From: a bacterium
GTDB lineage: Bacteria; UBA8248
Direction of reading: 5' to 3'
DNA length: 64,000 bases
Assembly: GCA_965221165.1 (NCBI GenBank)
Contig: CBDCRP010000002.1
Coordinates: forward strand, 640,001-704,000
This document shows positions 1-10,255 of the stretch, in pieces. The notes beneath the pieces were generated by a model. The model saw only the letters and a list, made by a program, of their open reading frames with translations. It was not told the DNA's origin and did no database searches. The position numbers and the translations under genes are program-made. Position 1 is the stretch's first letter, and each line of letters begins with the position of its first letter.

Positions 1-1
1 G

Positions 2-1093
2 ACCCAGGACATCCTGGACGGCGGTCTGACGCTGCAGATCCGCGAGTCTTACGTCCTCCTTCTCACCGAGCTTCGAGAGCTCGAATCCATCCTCGTCCGT
101 CTGGCCCGACGTCATCGCGCCACCGTCATGGCCGGTCGAACGGAGGGTCAGCAGGCCTCTCCCGTCACATACGGCCAGAAGATCGCGATTCTTTGCAGCG
201 AGATCCGGGATCACATCGAGCGACTGAAGGAGTGCAGCAAGCGGCTTTTTTACGCGAACGTCTCCTCTGGAACCGGCGCTCAGTCCACTTTCGTCTACCT
301 GAGCGACCTTCACACCACCCGGCGGCTGGAAACGTTGGTGGCCAAGCGGTTGGCTCTCCATGTTCCCTACATCAGCATGCACCATCGGACGGATCGCTTT
401 GCGGAATTGCTCAACATTCTCGCGCTGATCAATTCAACACTGGGGGAAGCGGGGATGGATATTCGCGACCTCCAGCGGACCGAAGTGGCCGAAGTGGCGG
501 AGCCCTGGGACATCGAACACCAGCACAGCAGCAGCACCTTCCCCCACAAACGCAATCCCGAGACAAGTGAATGGCAGGAAGGACTCGCCAAGCTCTCACG
601 GACGAACGCACTTGCCATGATGGACGTCCAGCAGCAGCACGAGCGTGACGCGAGCCGCTACGCCGTGGAATTCTCGCGAATTGCCGAGAGCTTCGGTTTG
701 GCGTCATCCGCTGTCGCGGCGGCCAAGCATATTTACGGCGGCCTTTTCGTCGACAAGAAAGCGATGCGACGCAATCTCGAGCTTCAACGAGAGTTCACAA
801 TGACCGAGGCGGTGATGCTGCGCCTGTACCAGAAGACGAAGCGAAAGGTCGAAGCGCATACCATCTGCCATGACGCCGCCCAGCAGGCGAGGGAAGAGGG
901 ACGCTCGCTGAAGGAGTGCCTCCTCGCGTATCCGGTCGCGCGAAAACATCTCACCGTCGAGGAAATCGACGAGGTCACAAAACCGGAAAACTACATCGGC
1001 ACCTGCCCGCAGCAAGTAGACCGGGCGCTGAGGCGAATCGCCCAACTCAGGCGCACGGACGGGCGGTACCTGCGGATGGGAAAGAAGGGATGA
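2..1093 (+). CDS. Adenylosuccinate lyase/fumarase-superfamily lyase (5' end outside window)
   Basis: Open frame from base 2 with TQDILD, MAGRTEGQ and the signature SSSTFPHKRNP. Confidence 0.85.
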   Translation, partial: TQDILDGGLTLQIRESYVLLLTELRELESILVRLARRHRATVMAGRTEGQQASPVTYGQKIAILCSEIRDHIERLKECSKRLFYANVSSGTGAQSTFVYLSDLHTTRRLETLVAKRLALHVPYISMHHRTDRFAELLNILALINSTLGEAGMDIRDLQRTEVAEVAEPWDIEHQHSSSTFPHKRNPETSEWQEGLAKLSRTNALAMMDVQQQHERDASRYAVEFSRIAESFGLASSAVAAAKHIYGGLFVDKKAMRRNLELQREFTMTEAVMLRLYQKTKRKVEAHTICHDAAQQAREEGRSLKECLLAYPVARKHLTVEEIDEVTKPENYIGTCPQQVDRALRRIAQLRRTDGRYLRMGKKG

Positions 1094-2163
1094 GCGCAGC
1101 CGATGCGATCACTTTGGCCGTCGTGGGAGACTTTTGGGCCAACCGCCCGCTCCCCCGAGATGAACCCCGCCTTGAAATGGTCCTCGATAAGCTCCGAGCG
1201 GCGGATCTTTCGGTGTGCGTTTTAGAGATGCCGCTCTCGCGGCGGGGCGCGCCGGCCGAAAAGATCGTCCGCATGCGGGCGCCGCCGGAGCGCGTGGAAG
1301 ATCTGCATCACCTGGGGGTCGATTGCGTCACGATTGCGAACAACCACATGCTCGACTACGGTCCCGACGCCCTCCTGGACACCCTGGACATTCTGCGAAG
1401 CGAAGGAATCCCCTTCGTGGGGGCGGGCCGGGACATCGAAGAAGCGTCGCGTCCGTTGGTTCTCGAGGCGCAGGGCATCCACGTGGCTTTTCTTGCGTGC
1501 GCGGCCACACTTCCTCTGGGAAGCGCTGCGGGAGAAGACAGGCCGGGCGTGAATCCACTGCACGTCTTCACGGCCTGGGTGGTCGAGTCGAGCGCACGGA
1601 CCCAAGAGCAGCCGGGCACTCCGCCTCCCGTTATGACTTTCTCCTCCCCCGAGGACATCCAGACCCTCCAGAACGCGGTGCGCGAGGCGAAAATCTCCTC
1701 CGATATCGTGGTCGTCCTGCCCCACTGGGGGTTGCCGAACGTGAGCGCCCTCATGGATTACCAACGCGACGCCGGACACGCTCTCGCCGCGGCGGGTGCA
1801 GACCTCATCGTCGGCCACCACGCACATTGCATCCAACCGTTGGAGATGGTCGAGAGCACGCCGATTGTCTACGGCGTGAGCAATTTCCTGTTTCACGAGC
1901 TTCCCGGCGGCATGTCCAGGAACGTGTACGATTTCATGTCGAAAGACGAACTCCTGGTGGTAGCCCGTCTCGGGGCGGAGGGAGTGCGCGAGCTGGCGCT
2001 CGTGCCGCTCGTTTTGAACTCGTCCGGACACCCACGCCTCGCCGAGCCGGAGGAAACGATGCGGATCGTGGGAGAAGTTTCCGACTTGTCGGCGAAATAC
2101 GGAACGGTGATCGAGCTCGCCGGCAGCCGTGGCCTGGTCAGGCTCGGAGAACAGGCGGCCTGA
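1090..2163 (+). CDS. CapA/PGA_cap-family metallophosphoesterase
   Basis: Motifs GD, LEMP, ANNHMLDYG, PHWG, GHHAH; ATGA overlap with the upstream stop. Confidence 0.85.
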   Translation: MSAADAITLAVVGDFWANRPLPRDEPRLEMVLDKLRAADLSVCVLEMPLSRRGAPAEKIVRMRAPPERVEDLHHLGVDCVTIANNHMLDYGPDALLDTLDILRSEGIPFVGAGRDIEEASRPLVLEAQGIHVAFLACAATLPLGSAAGEDRPGVNPLHVFTAWVVESSARTQEQPGTPPPVMTFSSPEDIQTLQNAVREAKISSDIVVVLPHWGLPNVSALMDYQRDAGHALAAAGADLIVGHHAHCIQPLEMVESTPIVYGVSNFLFHELPGGMSRNVYDFMSKDELLVVARLGAEGVRELALVPLVLNSSGHPRLAEPEETMRIVGEVSDLSAKYGTVIELAGSRGLVRLGEQAA

Positions 2164-2187
2164 TTGATGCAAAAGGAGTGAGACAGG

Positions 2188-3294
2188 ATGTCAAAAGAAG
2201 GGATGGTTTCCATCGCGTTGGCCGGGGACGTGTTCATCGGCAAGAAGCTTCCTCGTCCGGGAGAGCCGGGAGCGGAACCCGTGCGCGCCCTTTTCGAGCG
2301 CATGGCGGGGGCCGACGTGACGTTCATCAACCTGGAGAGCCCGTATTCCGAAAGGGGCTATCCGGCCGAGAAATACACGTTTCTACGGTCCCACCCTTCC
2401 CTGATAGACGAGTTGGACGAAATGGGGGTGGACGTCGTCACCCTCGCCAACAATCACATGCTCGACTACGGCTACGACGCGCTTTTCGACACCCTGTCTC
2501 TTCTCGACGCGAAGGGGGTTCGGCGCGTGGGAGCAGGCCGGAATCTGCAGGAGGCGTACGCGCCGGCCATCATTCAGAAGGCCGGGGTCCGCGTGGCTTT
2601 CCTGGGTTTCGCCTCCACCCTTCCGCTCGGCTGCTCCGCAGGCGAGGAGCGTCCCGGCCTCGCACCCATCCATATCTTTTCCGCTTTCGTCCTGGAGCCG
2701 AGCCCGAGAACCCAGGAACAACCCGGGACGCCGCCTCCCGTGAAGACTTTTCCGCTCCAGGCCGATCTCACGCGCATGCAAAACGTCGTGGCGGCGGCGA
2801 AGCGGGAGGCGGACATTGTGATCGTCGCCGGTCATTGGGGGCTGGCGAGCCGCCACGACCTGGCGGAATACCAGACGTGTGTCGGTCGCGCGCTCGTGGA
2901 TGCGGGCGCGGATGTGGTTCTGGGGCATCACTCCCACACGCTTCAGGCGGTCGAAATCTACAAAGGAAAGCCGATCCTCTACGGAGTAGGGAATTTCATC
3001 TTCCACGAACTGCCCGATGTCGGAAACTCCGAACTGTCCTACGGCGGCGTGATGACGCCGAAACTCATTAAAACGCGCATGCCGCGGGAGACGGCTCTCT
3101 TTGAACTCACGGTCGAAAAGGATGGGGTGGCGGACTTAGGCTTCGTTCCAGTTTCGATTGACGATTCAGGCAATCCCGGCTTCGTCGAAGGCGAGAGAGC
3201 CGAAGGGGTGATCGACCTCGTGGAGAGGCTCTCGGCGGAGTTCACTACCCGAATCACTCGGAAGGACGGCATGGGGAAATTCGTTCTGGAATAG
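2188..3294 (+). CDS. CapA-family metallophosphoesterase, second paralog
   Basis: Motifs AGD, NLESP, ANNHMLDYG, HWG, GHHSH; AGGAG RBS. Confidence 0.87.
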   Translation: MSKEGMVSIALAGDVFIGKKLPRPGEPGAEPVRALFERMAGADVTFINLESPYSERGYPAEKYTFLRSHPSLIDELDEMGVDVVTLANNHMLDYGYDALFDTLSLLDAKGVRRVGAGRNLQEAYAPAIIQKAGVRVAFLGFASTLPLGCSAGEERPGLAPIHIFSAFVLEPSPRTQEQPGTPPPVKTFPLQADLTRMQNVVAAAKREADIVIVAGHWGLASRHDLAEYQTCVGRALVDAGADVVLGHHSHTLQAVEIYKGKPILYGVGNFIFHELPDVGNSELSYGGVMTPKLIKTRMPRETALFELTVEKDGVADLGFVPVSIDDSGNPGFVEGERAEGVIDLVERLSAEFTTRITRKDGMGKFVLE

Positions 3295-3453
3295 AAGGCT
3301 TTGCGGGATATTCGCCGCATTGACTCCCACCCGGGGGAACGCACTCCAGGGGGCCGGCGCCGCATCGTCGACCCGGGCGCTTGCATCAAGAGTCGCCCTG
3401 CATCTTCCATCGGAAGAAAAAGATAGTTCATTCATGAGCGATGAGGATTGGCA

Positions 3454-4242
3454 ATGGACATGGCCCTGGAGGGGAAGGTTGCTCTCGTCACCGGAGGGAC
3501 GAGCGGCATTGGAAAGGCGACGGTATTGGCCTTTGCGGACCAAGGCGCGAAGGTCGCCTTCTGCGGTCGGGATCAAGCCCGCCTGGACACCGCACTTGAG
3601 GCGGTCGAGGAGCGGGGCGGTGTGGGTCTCTCTCTTCGTGCGGACATCAGCGTGGAGGAACAAGCGTCGGAGCTTGCGTCTCGTGTGGTCGAGTCTTTCG
3701 GGCGGCTGGACATCCTCGTGAACAACGCCGGACGCGCGGCGCCGAGTTCGCTTCCCTCGCTGACGCCGGTGCAGATTCGGAAGACAGTGGACACGAAGAT
3801 CGTCGGTTATCTCGTGGTCACGCGCGAGGCGGCGCATTTCATGCAAAAGCAACATGGCGGACGGATCATCAACATGGTCGGAGGAACCGGCAAAGAACCC
3901 CTGCCCGGCGTTCTGGGAGGAAGCACGACGAACGCCGCGCTTTTGGGTCTGAGCAAAGGACTCTCCCAAGCCCTGGCCAAAGACGATATCCTGGTGAACA
4001 CGATCTGTTTGGGCCAGATCGATACGCCCATGCAGGACTGGATGACGGAGCAACTCGCCAAAGAACGAGGGATATCGATCGACGAAATGCGGCGGGCCCG
4101 TGAATCACAAATTCCCCTCGGACGATTCGGCTCTCCCGAAGAAGTGGCGGGGCTGGCGGTGTTTCTGGCGTCGGTTCACGCGGGCTACATCACGGGAGCA
4201 ACGATCAACGTCGACGGCGGAAAATTCCATTCGATCGTCTGA
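3454..4242 (+). CDS. SDR-family oxidoreductase (start uncertain)
   Basis: TGGTSGIG, NNAG, C-terminal YITG..VDGG. Confidence 0.88.
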   Translation: MDMALEGKVALVTGGTSGIGKATVLAFADQGAKVAFCGRDQARLDTALEAVEERGGVGLSLRADISVEEQASELASRVVESFGRLDILVNNAGRAAPSSLPSLTPVQIRKTVDTKIVGYLVVTREAAHFMQKQHGGRIINMVGGTGKEPLPGVLGGSTTNAALLGLSKGLSQALAKDDILVNTICLGQIDTPMQDWMTEQLAKERGISIDEMRRARESQIPLGRFGSPEEVAGLAVFLASVHAGYITGATINVDGGKFHSIV

Positions 4243-4323
4243 ACATTCGCGCGCCGTAGCCGGACAATAACTATTGCAAATCGAGACAAAATAATTGCAA
4301 ATAGTCTGGAAAATCCCTCGAGT

Positions 4324-4346
4324 TTCCGGCCGTTTTTTGGCCGGAA
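4324..4346. terminator. Hairpin between convergent genes, possible terminator
   Basis: TTCCGGCC-N7-GGCCGGAA inverted repeat. Confidence 0.35.
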
Positions 4347-4364
4347 GATTTTGCCCAGTTTTGA

Positions 4365-4519
4365 TCCCGTTTTGATATATCAAGCCGTTTCCATCGGTTG
4401 CGAAATGTTCATATGCTATTGATATTATTTAGAATATCTATTTTCATTGCTCGCATTTAGAATCCATTTTCCCAGCATGTAATCAAAACGAAAGCGGATT
4501 CGTTAAAACCCCTGCGCAT
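4365..4519 (-). repeat. AT-rich dispersed element, inverted homolog of 51332-51480
   Basis: 4477-4519 is the reverse complement of 51332-51374 (43 bp, 1 mismatch), with patchy similarity beyond. Confidence 0.8.
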
Positions 4520-4567
4520 GTGGGCGTCTCCCTGTCTCCGGGGGAGTATGGATTCAGAAGGGTCGGG

Positions 4568-5371
4568 CTATCCCCCGTACTCGGATGCCCCCTCGAATAC
4601 CTTCGTACTCTCCTTTGCGATGAGGTCCAGGCACCTCGCCTTGGTCTCCATGAAGGCCTGGGAAGTCAGCATCGTCCGCACCCGCGGCCGCTGCAGAGGC
4701 ACTTTGAGCTCCTGGATGATTCTCCCCGGCTGCACCCCCATCACGAAGATTCGGTCCGCCATCAAAATTGCTTCGTCCACATCGTGGGTGATGAAGAGCA
4801 TGCTCATCTGGTGCTCTTCCCAGAGCTTGAGCAGCCACTCCTGCATGAGGAGACGGGTCTGGGCGTCGAGCGCCGCGAAAGGCTCGTCCATGAGGAGGAT
4901 CTCCGGATTGTTGATGAGAACACGGGCGATGGAGACGCGCTGTCGCATCCCTCCCGAGAGTTCGTCCGGGTGGTGGCGCTCAAAACCCGTGAGCCCCACG
5001 CGCTTGACGAATTCGTGCGCCCGGGGCAGGAATTCCCTCCTGGGCACTCCCTGGATCTTCAGCGCGAAGGCGATGTTGTCTTCCACGGTAAGCCAGTGGA
5101 ACAGGAAGTGCTCCTGGAAAACGACGCCGCGCTCCGGGCCGGGTTTTGTGATGGGACGCCCTTCGAGCAGCGCCTTCCCCTCGGAGGGCAGGATGAACCC
5201 CGCGATGATGTTCAAGATGGTGGTTTTGCCGCACCCGCTCGGGCCCAGGAGGGCGACGGTCTCCCGGTCTTCGATGCCGAAGGAGACATCCCTCAGGGCC
5301 ACCGTCTCCCGTCCTTTTCTGGGGTCTTCGAAGATTTTGGTAACTCTCTCGAGCCGAACTTTTTCCGTCAT
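4568..5371 (-). CDS. NitT/TauT (SsuB/TauB-like) ABC ATPase
   Basis: GPSGCGKT, LSGGMRQR, LLMDEPF. Confidence 0.93.
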   Translation of the reverse strand: MTEKVRLERVTKIFEDPRKGRETVALRDVSFGIEDRETVALLGPSGCGKTTILNIIAGFILPSEGKALLEGRPITKPGPERGVVFQEHFLFHWLTVEDNIAFALKIQGVPRREFLPRAHEFVKRVGLTGFERHHPDELSGGMRQRVSIARVLINNPEILLMDEPFAALDAQTRLLMQEWLLKLWEEHQMSMLFITHDVDEAILMADRIFVMGVQPGRIIQELKVPLQRPRVRTMLTSQAFMETKARCLDLIAKESTKVFEGASEYGG

Positions 5372-5507
5372 CTGTGCAAGATTCCTAATCGAGCGTCTTC
5401 AGGCGCCCCGCGACGAGCTGCGAGCGGCGGCAACGTGGATTTCGGATACGCGCCCCCATCCTCCTTCCCCCGTCTTTTCCGAAGAAACGCCTCTCTCTCC
5501 TTTTGCA

Positions 5508-6260
5508 TCACACCACCCTGTAGTGGACGAACATGCGGCGGGAGAGGGCGTGAACGGAGCGATCCAGGCAGAAGCCCATCAAGCTGAGGGTGACGAAGGC
5601 GACGAACATCCGCTCCGTCTTGGTATAGATCTGGGCATCCCAGATCATGAAGCCGACCCCCGATTTCGCGGCAAGCATCTCCGCCGCCACGATGGTCATG
5701 AAGGCGTTGCTGAGGGCCAACTGCAAGCCGGTGACCATGTAGGGAACCGTCTCGGGGACGACGATCCGGAAAAGGACCTGGGTCCCGGTGGCGCCGAGGC
5801 TCCGGGCGGCCCGGATGGCGCCCTCCCGCACCGAGGCGGCCCCCGCCATGGTGTTCACCACCACGATGAAGACCGCCGTGTAGAAGATCAGGACGATTTT
5901 CGATTCTTCGCCGAAGCCGAACCAGATGATGAACAACGTGACCAGGGTCACGGGCGGGACGAAGCGGAAGTATTCCAAAACGGGAAGAGCGAGCGCCCGC
6001 ACCCAGGGGAGCCGTCCCATGATGATGCCAAGAAAAGAACCGACGACGCCCCCGAGCACCCATCCCGAGAGAACCCGGAACAAGCTCATCACGATATTCC
6101 AGGGCAACTCGCCGGTGCGTGTAATTTCGATGGCCTTCAGTATGGTGGCCAAGGGGGAAGGGAGGAAGATCGGGGGATACACAAAGGTAAAACCCCACCA
6201 GGCCACCAGGAAAATGGCCACAGAAAGGGTGTAAATCGCGATGGCTCCCTCGATCCTCAA
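5508..6260 (-). CDS. NitT/TauT ABC permease
   Basis: Hydrophobic; AARSLGA EAA-like loop; AAEMLAA. Confidence 0.9.
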   Translation of the reverse strand: MRIEGAIAIYTLSVAIFLVAWWGFTFVYPPIFLPSPLATILKAIEITRTGELPWNIVMSLFRVLSGWVLGGVVGSFLGIIMGRLPWVRALALPVLEYFRFVPPVTLVTLFIIWFGFGEESKIVLIFYTAVFIVVVNTMAGAASVREGAIRAARSLGATGTQVLFRIVVPETVPYMVTGLQLALSNAFMTIVAAEMLAAKSGVGFMIWDAQIYTKTERMFVAFVTLSLMGFCLDRSVHALSRRMFVHYRVV

Positions 6261-6291
6261 ATCTCCCTTTCCCCCTTTCGCCCGCTTCGTT

Positions 6292-7290
6292 CTAGTACGG
6301 GAAGTCCGTCACCCTGGAGGCGTCCACCGCCCGGAGGAAGCTCGGGTCGATGATGTTCTTCCAGTTCGGAGCCTGCTTGATGTGGCCCAGCTTCTTCTTG
6401 AACGCGGAAACCTCCTGAAGGGTATCGAAGTAACTCTTGTCGAGCCAGATTTTCAGTTTGTAGTCGTTCAGCGCCGCCTTGGCGTCCGCCGCGCTGGAGC
6501 GGGTGACCTTCTGGAACACGGCCGCCGCCGCTCCGGGATCCGCGTTGGCCATATCCGTCGCCTCGATCAGAGCCCGCAGGAAGCGCTTCAGGGTTTTGGG
6601 CTTCTCCTTGGCGAAACCTCGGCGGACCGTCAAGTGGAAGTTGGGCTCGTAATCGCTGGACTTGCTTGCCGCCAGAATGTGAAGGGCATCCCCCTTGATC
6701 TTCATCACCTTGCGCGGCCAGGGTTCCCAGAACCACATGGCCTCCACGGCGCCCTTCACCATGGTGGGAGCGGCTTCGGGCGGAGGGAGGTTGACGTGAT
6801 CCAGCTTCTTGTAGTCGATGCCCCTGTTTGCGAGGAACTTGATGAACCCGAACTCTCCGCCGGTTCCGCCCATCCAGGTCACTTTCTTTCCGATGAGGTC
6901 CCGGGGGCTTTTGATCGACTTTTTGGCCACCAGCTTCATGCTCTCGTTGCCCTGCGCCGTCGCGGCCACGATGATGGCGTCGATCCCCTTGGCGATGTTC
7001 GAGATGGTGGGCGGATCGCTCTGAAAGGAGATGTCCAATTGGCCGCTGCCGATGGCCCGCAGGCCCACCAAAGCGGTGTGGCCCATGGTGTTGGTGGTCT
7101 TGAGTCCGTGCTTCTTGAAAATCCCCTTGTCCTCGGCCAGCCAGTAGGGTATCCCCAGCGAAGTGGGCTCGCTCGAAAAGCGAACCACTCCGTCGTCGGC
7201 CGCCCCCGCAGGCCCGAGACCGACCCCAAGGAAGAACGCCAACACGGCAACTCCCACAATTTCCCGTATCCAGCTTCTTTCACGCATCAT
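6292..7290 (-). CDS. NitT/TauT ABC substrate-binding protein
   Basis: Signal peptide, DLIGKKV, WEPW; operon context. Confidence 0.85.
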   Translation of the reverse strand: MMRERSWIREIVGVAVLAFFLGVGLGPAGAADDGVVRFSSEPTSLGIPYWLAEDKGIFKKHGLKTTNTMGHTALVGLRAIGSGQLDISFQSDPPTISNIAKGIDAIIVAATAQGNESMKLVAKKSIKSPRDLIGKKVTWMGGTGGEFGFIKFLANRGIDYKKLDHVNLPPPEAAPTMVKGAVEAMWFWEPWPRKVMKIKGDALHILAASKSSDYEPNFHLTVRRGFAKEKPKTLKRFLRALIEATDMANADPGAAAAVFQKVTRSSAADAKAALNDYKLKIWLDKSYFDTLQEVSAFKKKLGHIKQAPNWKNIIDPSFLRAVDASRVTDFPY

Positions 7291-7485
7291 AGGTCATTCT
7301 CCTCTTTTCACTGGGTGAAGTTCCATGAGGCAACGCATCGCGATTGAAACCCGGCGCATCCGTTTGCGCCTGTGCTGGAGGTGAGTGGATTCGAGAACCC
7401 GGTTCGGGTTCGTGAGCGAAGTGCGGAAGGGTTTCGGAACGAAATCATTCTTAGCCCTTTCATCCAGACCGGCAGTTGTTCCGGT

Positions 7486-8241
7486 TCACACCACCCGGTA
7501 GTGGGAAAGAAACCGGTAGGCGAAGAACCGGAACACCCGATCGGTGGCCAGCCCCAACAGGCCCAGGCCGAGAAAGCCGACAAAAATCTGATCGGTCAGC
7601 ATGAAGTTTCTTGCAGACCAAATAAGGTATCCCATTCCGGAACGGGCAGCAAGCATTTCCGCCGCCGCGATAACGATGAACGCGTTTCCCATGGCCATCC
7701 GCATGCCCGTCACGATGTAGGGCACCGTTTCGGGCACGACCACCTGGAGCAGGACCTGGGTTTCCGTCGCTCCCAGGCTTCGGGCGGCGCGCAGGACCCC
7801 CGGGGGTGCGCTCAAGGTTCCGGCCATGGTGTTGATCACGATCACGAAAAACGAGGTGTAGAAAACGAGCATGATCTTCGAGGCTTCGCCGAGCCCGAAC
7901 CAGACGATGAAGATGCCCACGAACGAAATAGGCGGAATGTAGCGCAATCCCTGGATGTAGGGGGTGGCGAAGGCGCGAACGCCGGGCAGCCAGCCCATGA
8001 GCAGGCCCAGGGGAACTCCCAACGCGCACCCCAGAAGCCAGCCGCCCATGATCCGGCCCAGGCTCATCAGGATGGATTCTTGGAGAAAGCCCGTGCGCGC
8101 CAACTCGATGGCCGTCATGACGGTGAGCCAGGGCGAGGGAACAAAGAGTGGATGGGAGAACGCCGCCACTATCCACCAGGCGCAGATGAAGAGCGAAAAT
8201 CCCAAGACGGAGAGCATCCCCGACCATTGTTTGCCCCGCAT
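7486..8241 (-). CDS. NitT/TauT ABC permease, second paralog
   Basis: Paralog of 5508-6260; ATG at 8241 after AGGAG. Confidence 0.88.
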   Translation of the reverse strand: MRGKQWSGMLSVLGFSLFICAWWIVAAFSHPLFVPSPWLTVMTAIELARTGFLQESILMSLGRIMGGWLLGCALGVPLGLLMGWLPGVRAFATPYIQGLRYIPPISFVGIFIVWFGLGEASKIMLVFYTSFFVIVINTMAGTLSAPPGVLRAARSLGATETQVLLQVVVPETVPYIVTGMRMAMGNAFIVIAAAEMLAARSGMGYLIWSARNFMLTDQIFVGFLGLGLLGLATDRVFRFFAYRFLSHYRVV

Positions 8242-8574
8242 GCTCTCCTGCCCCCAAGCTTCGCGCCCCGTGTGACAAGACGGCTTCCGCAATTTGGATG
8301 AGGATAATAAATGTAGTATGCAACCAAATGTATCATATTCAACCGATTGGAGAAATCCGCTAGAATGGGAGGAGCGATGCCGTCTCGGCTCCGGGGCGAA
8401 TGGGGATGCCCTTGTTTTTCAGGCCATTGCGATCTGCGACTTCACTCGGGCGGCGCGCCCGCGACGCCTCGCCGGGTATACCTTCGCCGGCCGGAGAACC
8501 GGAGCGAAAATGAAGGCCCGGCCCGACAGCATTCGATTCCATTTCGGAAGGCGTTTCACCGAAGGGGGGATAGC

Positions 8575-9339
8575 ATGGATTCATTCCTGAACTTTGAGGG
8601 GCAGGACGTCATCGTGACCGGCGGAGCGACAGGGGTGGGGGAGGCGAGCGCGCGCCTATTCGCCGAGCGGGGCGCTTCCGTCGCCATCCTCGACATCAAC
8701 GGCGAGGGAGCGGAGAGCGTCGCCGCCGACATTCGAAGGGGCGGAGGAGACGCGCAGGCATTCGAGGTGGATCTCACCGATTGGGACGCCACCCGCTCCG
8801 CCGTCGAGGCGGCCCATAACCGGCATGGGCGTATCGACGTGCTCGCGCACGTGGCCGGCGGATTCCCGGAATTCTTCGGCCTTCTCGACTGTCCGCTGGA
8901 GACGTGGGATCCGATGGTGGCGAGCAACCTGAAATCGATGTTCATTCTGCTCAAGGCGGTCGCGCCTTACATGATCGAGGCGCGCTACGGCCGCGTCGTA
9001 TGCTTTTCCAGCCTGGCCGCCCGCAGTGCGGTCAACCCGAACCCGCCCCACTACACCGCGGCGAAAGCCGGCGTTCTCGGCCTTGCGCGTCAAGTGGCGG
9101 GCGAGCTGGGTCCCCACGGCATCACCGTAAACGCGATCGCGCCCGCCAACGTGGCCACCCCGAGCACCATGGCCATACGCAAACCCGAGCGCATTCGGCA
9201 TATCGAGCAGGTGACGCCCGTCGGCCGCCTGTGCCAACCCGAAGAGGTCGCGGCGGCGGTCATATTCCTATGCAGCCGGGAGGCCGGCTACATCACAGGC
9301 GTCACGCTCGACGTGAACGGCGGGGCGACGATGATATAA
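8575..9339 (+). CDS. SDR-family oxidoreductase
   Basis: TGGATGVG and YTAAK catalytic motif. Confidence 0.9.
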   Translation: MDSFLNFEGQDVIVTGGATGVGEASARLFAERGASVAILDINGEGAESVAADIRRGGGDAQAFEVDLTDWDATRSAVEAAHNRHGRIDVLAHVAGGFPEFFGLLDCPLETWDPMVASNLKSMFILLKAVAPYMIEARYGRVVCFSSLAARSAVNPNPPHYTAAKAGVLGLARQVAGELGPHGITVNAIAPANVATPSTMAIRKPERIRHIEQVTPVGRLCQPEEVAAAVIFLCSREAGYITGVTLDVNGGATMI

Positions 9340-9542
9340 CGTCATCCGGACTTTCCGGCGCGGTAAGAGAGCCGGAACGTCCGGGCCCTCGACAACACAG
9401 GAGCACGTAACCGCCCGGCTCGTAGCTATTGGATACGCTTCTTCTATAGTCTTGTTGTTTCGAATACTGGACGGCGGCGCATGGAACGATTGGCGGATTG
9501 CTTCGCAAAATCGCGTTCCTTTATTTTGAAAGGGAAAGGCAT

Positions 9543-9935
9543 ATGACAGTCAAGATCATCAATTCACCCAGGATCAAAAGTCTCGGCGTCTACAATCAGG
9601 CCATCCAGGTGACCGGCGGCTCACTCCTCTTCGTGAGCGGCTGCGTCTCCGTGGACGGCGAGGGAAACCTGGTGGGCAAGGGAGATCCGGCTGCGCAGAT
9701 GCGCCAGATCCTCACGAATATCCGGACCATTCTCGAAGAAGCCGGCGCGGGGCTCGAAAACGTCGTCAAGATCATGGTCTTCAGCGCGGATCTGAACAAT
9801 CGCAAGGTGATGAACGAAGTCCGCCAAGAAATGTTCGGCGGGCATCTCCCGGCCAGCTCCCATGTACAGGTGGCCCGCCTCATCGACCCCGACTGGCTCG
9901 CCGAGGTCGAGTGCGTAGCCGCGCTGCCCGCCTGA
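9543..9935 (+). CDS. RidA/YjgF-family protein
   Basis: YNQA, LFVSG, PASSHVQV..L..P.WLAEVE. Confidence 0.9.
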   Translation: MTVKIINSPRIKSLGVYNQAIQVTGGSLLFVSGCVSVDGEGNLVGKGDPAAQMRQILTNIRTILEEAGAGLENVVKIMVFSADLNNRKVMNEVRQEMFGGHLPASSHVQVARLIDPDWLAEVECVAALPA

Positions 9936-9959
9936 GCGCGCCCGGCGTCCCTCGGGAAA

Positions 9960-10125
9960 TCCGCAACCGATCCGAATCGATGAGGGCTTCCGCCTCGATC
10001 TCCACCACCATGTCGGGGTGGGCGAGCCGGCTCACGCCGAGCAGGGTGTTCGTGGGTAGGAGATTGTTGAACACCTTGTAGCGCTCCTCCACGCAGCCCT
10101 CCGCCATCCGGGTGTACGGCTGCTG
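9960..10125 (-). pseudogene. 3' remnant of a second RidA-family gene
   Basis: Translates PTNTLLGVSRLAHPDMVVEIEAEA; N-terminal half absent. Confidence 0.65.
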
Positions 10126-10255
10126 AATCCCGCCTGAAACCTCCGGTTCCGCCAGTTGCACGGCGGAGAATGGATTGACGGAACAAAGTCCCCTGCCTTT
10201 CGATACGTAACGGAAAATTCCCGTACATTCTCGATTCAGCCCATTACAGATTTCA

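Noticed and set aside
1090-3294. Poly-gamma-glutamate capsule locus
   Set aside because: No capB/capC and no membrane anchors
1215-7347. Long alternative-frame ORFs (e.g. 1215-3071, 4518-6353)
   Set aside because: Shadow ORFs of real genes in GC-rich DNA, with no recognisable motifs
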